DNA from: Amoebophrya sp. A120
Lineage: Eukaryota > Protista > Dinoflagellata
Length of the DNA: 64,000 bases
Assembly: GCA_905178155.1 (NCBI GenBank)
Contig: CAJINV010000001.1
Span: 8,029,599 to 8,093,598 of the forward strand
Reading direction: 5' to 3'
Every line of letters begins with the position of its first letter. The stretch's first letter is position 1. A model generated the notes under the pieces. The model saw only the letters and a program-made list of their open reading frames with translations, made no database searches and had not been told where the DNA came from. Both the position numbers and the translations under genes were made by a program. This document shows positions 10,711 to 21,302 of the stretch, piece by piece.

Positions 10711-11565
10711 ATGCTTGTGAGTCGTTACACTTGGGCAGTAGAGGGGCGGCGCCTGGCTACCGTTGGTTGCGTTCTTGTTCGTGGGCCGTCAGCAAGAAAA
10801 GTCACCGTGCAAAGACGACGACTGGGCAGCATACGGATAGACGCAAACACCTACCAGATACCTTACTCGGGCTGCACAATCGGTGCGATTTGTGAACAGA
10901 ACCACGTGCCGGGCGTGCGGTTCGATTGCCGCCGGGGTTCCTGCAAAAGTTGCCGCGTCATGGTTCGCATGGGGGAAGACGTTGAGGGGGAACCCGAACC
11001 AACCAAAGGAGCAAGCGATAGCGAGGCATCGGTGGAGACTGACGCAATGGGAGAAAATGAGTTGGAAATAGAAGTACTGGCCTGCCAGGAGGAAGCTGTG
11101 GAAGGTATGTGGGTCATTACACTCCAAGACTCTACTCCGAGCGCGTCGCCAGAGGGGCACGCGTCACAAGCGAGCCAGGGACAGGCACCAGCAGCCGGGC
11201 CAGCTGCGACGTCGCAGCTCCACCCTGAAAAGAAAAAGCAACGAAAAACCCGAAAAGTGAAAAGGTCCATGCCAGAGCTGAAGCAACTGCGCAGGAGGCT
11301 AGAAATACTGATCACGGAAGCGGAGCTGGCGCAGGCCATTGGCGACGCCCCGGGGTTGCTTGAAATTCTGCGCAAGGTGAGTGCCCTTTTCCAGGATGTG
11401 GATGCAGACGAGGTGCGCGAAGTGACCGCAATGCACGGAAATCGTGCCAACCTTGTCTCGGATTTCCTCATGCAGCTTTCCTTTTCTTCATGCAAGGACA
11501 TTCAGCACTGGGCGGCTGCGCATCGCGCGGCCTGGTTTGATGTGAAAAAGGGCGATGGATGTTGA
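10711..11565 (+). CDS. Hypothetical protein with a 2Fe-2S ferredoxin-type Cys motif and a C-terminal helical domain
   Basis: FDCRRGSCKSCRV (C-x4-C-x2-C) followed by a distal VLACQ; first ATG at 10711. Confidence 0.55.
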   Translation: MLVSRYTWAVEGRRLATVGCVLVRGPSARKVTVQRRRLGSIRIDANTYQIPYSGCTIGAICEQNHVPGVRFDCRRGSCKSCRVMVRMGEDVEGEPEPTKGASDSEASVETDAMGENELEIEVLACQEEAVEGMWVITLQDSTPSASPEGHASQASQGQAPAAGPAATSQLHPEKKKQRKTRKVKRSMPELKQLRRRLEILITEAELAQAIGDAPGLLEILRKVSALFQDVDADEVREVTAMHGNRANLVSDFLMQLSFSSCKDIQHWAAAHRAAWFDVKKGDGC

Positions 11566-12572
11566 ATTTTCTCAGAAGTAGGCCGAAAGAAAAACCTAAG
11601 TAACCCCCAAAACATCAAGCAACGTCGAGAGAAAAAGATAAAGAGCGTTTTGCGAGCTATAAAGCCCCTCGAGCTGCCTCCGTTCTATTGATGGACGCGA
11701 GACGCCAAGAGTACGCCTGAAATTGATTCGCTGCAGGAACGAACGAACAAAATTGAGTGGGTCTTTTCGCCCTGAGCCTGATGCGCACTGAGGTGCGGGC
11801 GCGGTCTGCGTGATTGAAAATTTTTTGAATAGACAATAGCCCAAGGATCTTTTCTGTACCCTGGTCCAGAGGGACGTGGATGATGTTCTGGAAAAAATGA
11901 GTTCACTTCACAAAATGATCGCTCAGTCGGTGCTAGCTTGGTTGTGCAAAAAGTGTGTGGCCGCGCTGGTACTAGTGGTTGAAATTTTTGGTTGGAATAC
12001 TGAGCGGTTTGGCTTTGGATCTGCACTGGTGCAACTACACGGATCCTCAAATCGATTCGCACATGGATCAGAATTTTGTCGTGGAGGGAGCGCAAAAAAC
12101 GATTCCGAATAAATGGAAGGACCGATTACGTCTTTTTCGTGGCTCGGGTGGTGGTGTTTTGCGCAGCAACATGTTCCTGGATATCTTCAAAAACATCGTA
12201 CATGCAACAGGCAGTTTTTTCTGGCGTGCGCCGGCTGATTCCTTGACATAATTACACCACGACTGTCCCTGTCTTAGCTTTTTCTGTCGCCACACGATCC
12301 ATTTAGTTGTAATTGCCTGCTCGGTCGCTTACTTTACATCGGTGGGACCACGACGTTGCGACGTCTGTACGAATTGAGACCTGGTATGTACGTTTACACT
12401 CACAATTAGACCACCAGTAGCACAAGTATGACCTCACTTCTTTCCTGTTTGGCTTTTCGGGTTCTGCTTGAAGATCGGCGAGTTTCGTAAAATTATTTTT
12501 GAGTAAGAAAAAAAAAGCTGTAATTCTGCTGCTGCTGTTGATCGTTTAGAAAGTTTAGAAAATACCAAGACC

Positions 12573-13103
12573 ATGGCAAGTAGCGGCGTGCCGCCGGCCG
12601 TGGGTGGTGGCGTTGGGAATGGCCTCGCCCCACCCGCCGGAAATGGACAAGCACCGAGGGCAGGAGCAGCCCCTCTCCCACAACTTCCACCCCGGCCTCC
12701 AGTAGCGCCCGCACCAGCCGCCGCTGCACTACCCGCCGCCGCACCAGCGCCGCCGCCGCGACCAGTTGCCGCGGCGCCTGCAGCTGGATCCGCGGCCCCA
12801 AGGGCGTTGAAGCCGGGGCAGGGAACCATGCCGACCGAGGCACAAGTGCGGGAGGCAGTGGGGAAGTGCAATCCCGCAACAAAGGCCAAGAACGAGGCGG
12901 CATCGATACTGACGCTGGAAATGATTATTCTCGAATTCGCTGCGCATCTGCAGCCGGTTCCGAAAAATGAAGCCGATTGCAAACAATTCTCCGACAAGCT
13001 TCGGACCCTTTGTCGTGACGACGAGGCTGCGGGTGTCATACCGTCGAGGGCGGACGGCAAGCAGGGAGGTACTTACTTACTTTTTTTAATAGAATACGGC
13101 TGA
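12573..13103 (+). CDS. Pro/Ala-rich hypothetical protein (first exon or truncated copy) paralogous to the N-terminus of the downstream kinase gene
   Basis: PTEAQVREA..K...NE...ILTL...DKLRT..RDDE..GVIP.R.D aligns with the 13835 exon. A GT donor lies at about 13069; no downstream exon was resolved. Confidence 0.5.
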   Translation: MASSGVPPAVGGGVGNGLAPPAGNGQAPRAGAAPLPQLPPRPPVAPAPAAAALPAAAPAPPPRPVAAAPAAGSAAPRALKPGQGTMPTEAQVREAVGKCNPATKAKNEAASILTLEMIILEFAAHLQPVPKNEADCKQFSDKLRTLCRDDEAAGVIPSRADGKQGGTYLLFLIEYG

Positions 13104-13834
13104 GCTGTTGCTGTTCAGGTCTTTGACTTCCGTCTCGGGTGGGTGAGGGGTGATGGCCTAGTAGGTGCGCTTTAGCAGAAAGTTTGCGCACATCGTTTTT
13201 CGTTTCCATCTTTGCACCAACACGGGCGCCGTCTTCAACCGCTGCAACTATGGGTAGCAGCGAGGCACCTGTTCGCGGCCCACGCCGGTTGCCGCATCTG
13301 ACCTCTTGCTTGTGGCGTTCCTCGAGGTGGGCCGCTTTCTGGGTTGGCTGTGGAATGCTGTTTTTGGCTCTCCGAGAAGCTTGCGGACTCTCTGAAATAC
13401 CACGCCAGGTCTCTGCGTGTCCGCTTTTTATCAGTCAACCAGACAAATAAGTGGGAGCTGCCTGAGAGTCGCGCCCTTTATTGTAGCTTTTTGGACACAG
13501 AAATCGAAGAAGTTTCATGGAGTTCCGAAAATTTTTTTTGTTATCCATCTCCTGACGTGTGCGATCAGAAAACTGCACGGCTACACGCGATCTGTGAGCT
13601 AACACCGAAAGAATTTTTTTCCGCTAGAACCGCACGAGATCCCCGAAAAAGTACAATACCGCTCGCGCGCAAGAAAGCCAGGCCGCGAAATTGATCAAGT
13701 CAGCATGATGATGCCCAACAAAGGCGTTGCCGATTTTTCAACTTTTTTTTTTCGCTATTGGCTCTACGTTTTGACATTCCCGACGCGCACAGGCCTAGAA
13801 AGAAAAGAAAAATAAAATGTAAAGTAAAAAAAAA

Positions 13835-16800
13835 ATGGGTAAAACCGCTGTTGGCGGAGATAAGGATAAGGGAAAAACTGCTCGGTCTCAGAGTCAGACA
13901 GCACCCACAGCCATGGAGATGAGCAGCAATGCGCCGAGTGGCTCCGGTCGTGACCGTGAGGACACGGCTGGCAGCGCTTCAGGAATTGGCAGCGATGCCA
14001 CGAAGCCAACGCCCGCGCAAGTGCAGGAAGCGATCGACAAGGGGGCGGCACTCACGCGGGAAGAAAACGAGCAGAGGGAGATTATAACGCTCGACGATCT
14101 CTGCCGGGAGTACTCCATCCAGAAGGACGAAGAGCATGGGCCGGGACTTCTTTCGACAAAAGGCGGACAGCAGTCCGTTTACGCCGATAGAATTCGCACA
14201 TTCCACGGCTGGCTCCGGGACGACGAAAAAGTTGGGGTCATTCCCAAAAGGAACACGGACTTAAGTAAGTGGCTCCGTTTCGTCCGTTTTCAGCTTTCTG
14301 GCTCCGGCGCCCGCGGCGCGCTCTCCTCGCTATTTCCTCGCCTTATTTTCTTTTCGTCGCGCAGGCAGGCCCCGGCTAGGCTCTTCCGCCCGCCGTCTTC
14401 GTTTTCCTAGGCCAAATACCCCTCGCCCCACCCGATTTTCGTCTCATAGTTGCCCAGAGACGAGGCGACATGGAGATGATTTCAAATAGAACAAAAATAC
14501 TTTTCAACCCAATAAAGCACGACTCTCACTACAGGTAAAAAGTGGCAATGGAAACGCGGCACGGACGTGAACAACGTGCGCCAACTGATCTACCAGAAGT
14601 TTATAAGTAAGCGGCCCCGTGGAAAGATACCCAAGGACCTGAAGCATGTGCGTTATGGCGAGCCCCGAGCGACAAAGCGTACCAACCCGGATGGATCGGC
14701 AAGAGAGCCAGCTGCGAAAAAGCCGAAACGGGAGGGGGCCAAAAGTAAAAAGCCCATGAAGAAGAAGCCCGCCAGACGGGCTGGAAGCTCCAGCTCCTCC
14801 GGCAGTAGCAGCAGCGACGTCTCGGTACTAACTTTCTGTTTTGAGCTTATCCATGAGTTGTATGAGTTTCCTTGGAGGATGCGATGTGGTGTACTTATTT
14901 ATTAGACCGAGAACTAAGTAGCGCTAGCGCACCACTCATGGATGAGATTTCTGCAGCAAAAATACTAGCCTAAGATGCTTGGTGATAGTTCGATAGAGAA
15001 GAAGCTGAAGATAGCTCCAGACGAGCCTCTTGGAAATAAATCAAACTATCAACTTTTCCAGTTATCTTCGTCGGAAAGCAAAGGGAAGAAAGAGAAGAAG
15101 AAACTGGAACACGAGAGAAAAGTCGCAGCACAGGCACGGGAAAAGGAGGAGCGCAGGCGAAAAGTAGAAGCAGAGAACCACGCCAGAAGAATGTACTTTT
15201 TTTGATTTTTATTCCGAAAAATTGCGAGGCACTGACGCAGCGGCTATTGACATGCACGATGAGACGTTTTCTTTGTCATTGTCTTACCAACCTAAACTCA
15301 ACGACTCCTCATTTCTTGCAGGCGCGAAAACCGCAAGAGACTGATCGATCAGGCGAATGACAAACTCACGAGGGACAAGCAGAACGCGCATGTGATGCAT
15401 ACGACGAAGGAGAACAAGGAGGCACCATTCTACCACGCAAAAGAGGAGTTTTTTTGGAGACAGAACGTGGAGTACAAGTACAAGGAGTGGATTCTACCCG
15501 GTAGAGGCAACAATCGCGCTAGCAATGTCGCCAGTGTGACGCCGGGCGCGGAAACGTCGCATGCCACGCCCGGACAGGCGGCCACGACCGCGAATCTTCT
15601 TTCCGGGTCCGCTGCCAGTGCCGAGAACAATACCTCACGTGCGGTCAACGCAGATCTATCCGCGACCCCGGCTAACGACCTACAGGAACAGAAGCGCGGC
15701 CCCGGGGACGAAGAAGAACAATACCGCGTCATACCGCCCACTGAAGAAATTACCAAGAAGGCGAAGATCGCCTACAAGTTCATCAGCGACCCCTTCACTT
15801 GCAAGGAGGGATCCAGCATATACAGGGTTCCAATTTTGGGGAAGGGCCAGTTTGGCACTGTGTACAAAGCCTGGAGGTGCGAGTACAATGATCAAGAGGA
15901 GCTTCTGACAGAGAAGGAGAGATGGTCCCAAGTGGCCCTGAAGGTGTCACGAAAAATGTGGGATAAGGGAACCTGGAAGCTCTCGCAGAAGATCAAGAAG
16001 GAGAAGCACTACCTCGAAACCCTGGATGCGGAGAAGAGAGAGCACATGGTGCGGTTTGTCATGTGGATGCGGAGGGCTCTCGATAGGCTGCAAAAGAAAT
16101 TGAAAGGGTACATAAAACTTGAAACTTGAACAGCAACCCCATTCTTGTTCCTGTCATGTGTGTACTTAATCTCTAAATTGATAATTTCATGAGGTGGACC
16201 GACGTCGAAAGATGATACATACTTAGCCATGACGAAAACAACTAAGACCGCTCAGGCCGGGAACAATGATGTCCCCATAAAGTACTGGCGCAGATCTTCA
16301 TCTTCTCTTTCACGTTTCCTCTTGAGTTTTTCTGTCCGTATCTTGTGCACCATGACTCAACCGTATAACCATAACAACTCAACCTCTACCTCTACTCATT
16401 TCAGGGAATTGGATGGGCAGCGATACCACGACATGCAACAGAAAATCTTATCTATGCGGAGTATGGCGCCAGATACTACCTGCTTGCTTTTGATGTACGG
16501 CGGGCTAGAATCCTTCACGTTTGACGAGCATTATTTCCAGGTTTTCGAACTGGCACAGGGAAACCTGCTCGCGCTGCAGACAAAATACTCGCAGCTTATA
16601 GCCGAGGACGCCCTGAAAGTCTTCAACAAAAATCCCACGCAGACGGAATTTGCGGTATAAACGCATTTGATACAACTACAGGAGACAAAATTAAGTAGTC
16701 GAACTGCGGCGCTACTGGTCGTGTTTTTTTTGGGTTTAGCTGAGTCTTGTGCTAGTACTATCAGGTTCTATAATTGCCGTAGTCGTAGAAAAGGTAGGAC

Positions 16801-19800
16801 ATCACAAGCGAAGAACTGGGAGGTATTTACAAGGGAACTATCAATGTGACATTTCTGATTGCTTAAAACCCTGTTACGCGACATCACCACAGGTCGACAT
16901 CGGCTCGGGTGTCACCGAATGGTACCAGCAGAGCCTGAACACAGTGAAACACAGCGGCCACCACAGCCAGTACAAGATATCAAAAGGAAAAATCCCCCCT
17001 CCCCATATCGAAATGGAAATCTGTGATGCGGGATTTGTGTACACAAACCAGCTTTGCCTTGCAGTGGAGGACTGCAGACAGATACAAAGCCGGATTAGGG
17101 CTGTTTCGGCGTAGGCGCCTAGCAAGGTAGGGACATTCTCTGTAGGCCAGACAGCATTACAAATTGCCTGCAGAACGCGGCGGGGTTTTTTTGTTTGTCT
17201 TCCTGCAATACAGTGACGATTTGTGACCTCAAATCAGCATCGCAAATTTTGAGAAGTATCCCGGTCTGGTATGGGGAGGGGGGATTTTTCCTTTTGATAC
17301 AAGAAGCTGGGACTTCCTGTGCACCTTGCGGGACGCTTGGCTTTTCATGTGCTCCAAGCAATGCGATTTCTGAAGCACATCGGGTACATCCATACGGACT
17401 TGAAGCCAGAAAACATCTGCTTGCATTTGGACACCAATGGATTCAAGAGACGCAACCCGGACAACCTTCACCTTTTTCCCCCGACCTGGCACGACGACGC
17501 GGTGCATGGCAATCTGACGCCAGAAAAGAAAGCAGCGTTACAAAAACTTCCGCCTGGCGTGCTAAATACATTGAAGGCCAGAGAAACCGACATCCGCAAC
17601 AACACGCATTTTACCGCTTCTCATGGCCTGAAATTGGGCGACCTGGAGTCGTATCAATTGCAAATATGTCTGAGTCTGGATTTTTTGTCATTGAGGCTTT
17701 GAAGGACGACGAGCACGAGATGAGGATCTGTGATGCATGGAAGGATAAGAGTAAGCAGTTTTGTTCTACTTTGGCTGGACATGAGTTTGTCACAGAAAAT
17801 AAGGTGGGATAGACTTCGCAACAATACCCGAGAAAATTGTTTTAACGGGTCCGTGCAGTATAAACAGCTGCCTTGATCATGTCATGTACATGTTTCACGA
17901 CTCAGCATGACAAGTGGCATGCTTTTAATATGCAGAAGCAGACTCAGACATTTTTTCATTTGACAAGTTTTACTTCGCGAACTGCACCGCAAAATTAGCA
18001 GATTTGGGAGAGATTCAAAAGGCTCCTATCAACGTGCCGTCGCAAAAGGATTCTATTCAGCCTCCGTGGTATAGAGCGCCCGAAGTGTACTTCGGCGATT
18101 GGCCGCTAACTCCGGCGATGGACATGTGGTCGATGGCGGTAACCATGCACAGTCTATGCACGGGCGGCGACATGCTGTTCCCCAGCCATACAAAGGACCA
18201 CGGCCAGCCGCCGCACGGATGTTGCACGTAATAGTGTGATTTTTACGCATTGTGTTGACACTTCTATTCTATCCCTATGTTCTGGATTTACTCGGATAAA
18301 GTGCGTGTTTTCCATCGGGCTTCGAGTGTATGAGCATTATGACCAAGTAGAAGATGACCTCCAAAACGGCAACGACAGCGATCTTGCGGCGCGGATCGTT
18401 TGGAGAAGATCTGCAGGTCTCGCTGGAGTTGTAGAGCATCATCAAAGATGGACACGGTGTCACAATCACAATGATTATTTTGTTAAAACAAAAAACAAAC
18501 AGGAAACGCTGGCACATGCAACGCATATTTGAGATAACCGGGCCATGTCCCAGATACCTCGTCGATCGGGCCGTGGAAGCGCACCACAAAGCTTATTTCC
18601 AGCATGACGAGCACGGTCAGCGAATTTTCGGCGAGAATGATATGCCAGTGCCGAAGGAGGGCGCTGCCGACAATCCAATGCGACCCAAGGCTTTGAAGGT
18701 ACTTCCTTATCTGGTGCGACGTAAGGATAAGCTTAAGCACGCTACATGACTCATGTAGCTTGCTTACGATGAGCTCTAACTCTATTTCTACCGTGGACAG
18801 AGAATTTGCAGAGTCATATTAAGGGGCTCTAGTGGCAATATTATCAAGAGGAACGACTCGTGGCGATTTCGGCTTGTGCGAAAGCGACTTCTAGATTTAT
18901 ATCATGCAGGATGTTGTAACCAAAATGGGACACGTGAAGATCGTGAGGGTCATTGTCATTCCATGAAATGAACATAACGCAGGCAAACGAGGGCCCCCTA
19001 ATCCAGGATTTCTTCAGTATGACAACGGACTTCACCAAAAACGAGTTACATCTCGCGAAGTGCTACGACTACCTGAAAAACCCGCGCGACGCGGGACCGG
19101 CGATTTGGGACCAAAAGAAAGTTTTCAAGCGGCAGCACAATCTGATGAGCATGTTTCAGTTGACTCGCATGCAATACCGACAGCTGGCAGTTCCGCTATC
19201 GCTGGCAAAAATCATGTTTGTGGAACCGGTTCGTGGAAAAACCGAGGTTGATGTACGGAAGTCGGACGAAATGCGGCACTTCATTTTCTCGCAGGGTGCG
19301 GTCACCACGAAACTGGAACACGCAGGGCTCCGGCAGTCGTTTAACTTCGACCCGGCTACCCTGATGGGTGTCTCTGAATTCACTACGAACGTGGAGCAAG
19401 ACTTCGAGGCAGAGATGGACGAAAATAAGTTCTACGAGTCCGAGACGATTCGGAAAACGGAGGAGGACATCAAGAAAGCCAGTCCCAGCCCCGACGATGA
19501 CGAGGACGAGGGTCCGGCGTTCGAGCCGATGCAGGATGACGGTGCGGCGCAGCCGGAGGAGCAGGCAAACAAGGAGCCGAACAGCCCGGAAGAGGCGCGC
19601 TCAGGCAAAGAAGACGACGACAACGACGATTCAAGCGATAGTGATAGTGGTTCCAGTGGCAGCAGCTCTGGTGAAGACGAGGACAGCGACAAAGATGAAG
19701 CTGCTGCCAGCCCGGCGGAAGGAGACTCGAATGTTGACGCAGCTGCCGATAAAGTTGCGGCCGGCCCGGATGGCGTGCCGGACCCGGAGCAGGCAGAGAA

Positions 19801-20254
19801 GGAAGCGGCTGATGCGGAGATGCCAGATGCAAACGGTGGCGTCGATGCGGCCAATGTTGCCGTCCCGGCAAAGGCCGCGGCGAGTTCGAGTAGCGCAAGC
19901 GCCAACTCGGGCGACGGCAATGCTGCAAAAGGATCAGCGGCTCAGCCAGACGAGTCCGATCGCACTCCGGCGGGTGCTGATGTCACGCCGGGTGGAGTGG
20001 CTGCACCGAAGAGAAGGCAGCCGCCAGCTCTCCCTCCGCAACCTGCTGCCCGGAGACCCACCGGCATGGACCTTAAGAGTGTGCAAGATCAGCTTCGCGC
20101 AAAGTTGGAGATTGAGTACTGCGACCTGATTTGGCAAATGATCACCCTCGACAAGGAATTGAGGATAACTCCCGAAAAGGCAATCAAGCATGAGTTTTTC
20201 CGCACCCTCCAGCGACTGAAGCCGGAGGCTTTCAAGACGGTCCATGATGCCTGA
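13835..20254 (+). CDS. CMGC-group (SRPK/DYRK/CLK-like) Ser/Thr kinase, 10 exons
   Basis: Phase-consistent exons: 13835-14264, 14535-14824, 15062-15192, 15322-16053, 16405-16654, 16893-16976, 17304-17649, 17969-18227, 18503-18698, 18983-20254. The join yields GKGQFGTV, VALK, HTDLKPEN, KLADLG, IQPPWYRAPE, DMWS and RITPEKAIKHEFF. Seven introns are GT-AG and two are non-canonical TIR introns. Confidence 0.8.
16978..17299. mobile_element. Introner/MITE-like element A (322 bp) forming a non-canonical intron
   Basis: Perfect 30-bp TIR TATCAAAAGGAAAAATCCCCCCTCCCCATA (16978-17007 / 17270-17299) and perfect 5-bp TSD CAAGA (16973-77 / 17300-04). Removing 327 nt joins HSQYK to KLGLPVHLAG, just before the HTDLKPEN region. 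Confidence 0.92.
17652..17965. mobile_element. Introner/MITE-like element B (314 bp) forming a non-canonical intron
   Basis: 27-bp TIR with 23/27 matches (TATCAATTGCAAATATGTCTGAGTCTG) and degenerate TSD AGTCG/AGTTT. Removing 319 nt gives LGDLE-FYFANCTAKLADLG. Same family as the fumarase element. Confidence 0.88.
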
Positions 20255-21302
20255 ACATGAGCAGCACCATCTCCATGTCAACCGGCGGTATAAGGGACTG
20301 CAGTCCGGCTCCCCTCCGGGCGACGCGTCATTTTCGACCTTTCTGCAGCATATGACTGCAATTTTCGAAATCAAAATCATGGCATTTTTCTAGAACGACT
20401 TGGCGTTAGCGCCCGCCATAAATGGAGAAGAACGATTCCCATTTTCGTATCTCTAAACTTTTTGAATATTCTCAGATAAGTAGAAAGATACATCGCGAGT
20501 AAAGTAGAATATGTAGCAAACAGCAAGCGACTGCGACACCGATAGCATACGCACCTATCTCTGATCATATCAGCATTATGTCTGAGAATCATCGAGGAGA
20601 AGTTATGATAATTGATGATCCTGCCCCTGATTTTTCCTCATCAACGCTTTGATGACTGTTCCGTCGCACAATATGCCCATTCCTTCTGTGTGTTTTTGTT
20701 TGGGTTTTGCATAAGTACTTCTGATGAGGTTCTTCAGCAGTGACTAAAGCATCATCCACTTCGTGTGGTGTCATGTTCGTTACACGAATGCAGCAGCAGT
20801 TGCAGCATCGTTGGAGGTTTTGCCATTGCTCACGTTTTCGTCCGAGAGAAATAAGTCGGCACGTCAAAGTGAAGATAGAGGTGTGCATGGTTATTTCGTC
20901 GTCCACGTTCCATTCTGTTTGTCTTTGCCGGAAACCCGAGTTGTTCCACCTGTCTTCCTGAGAGTGCGGTCGCGAGATGCAGCCTTCGACGAGAGTACTT
21001 CTTTGGTGGGACGAGAGGCAGATGATTGTACAACTTCCGGCAAAGAAATTTCTACTAGTATACTTTGCTGCAGCTCTTCTCTAGTTCAGTCGCAAGTTGT
21101 GACGTCGTCGCAAAGTAGTGCTTGTCCCTTATGCAGCAACAGAAATAGATGCATATCAGCTGATGGAGCAAAGCATTTTTATCACACTCACTAGTTGTTC
21201 ACTTTTGATTAAATCATGCGACACAAAATGATGTTGATGCGGAGATAACAAGCTCCTCTGCTTGTCTCTGGTAGTATTATTCCTCACGGTAGCTAGAGCA
21301 AG

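Noticed and set aside
11876-12251. Two overlapping + ORFs that look partly protein-like
   Set aside because: No motif and no consistent splice model; possibly a degraded gene, but not supportable.
13344-13694. 116-codon ORF as exon 2 of the 12573 gene
   Set aside because: I could not establish a phase-compatible acceptor.
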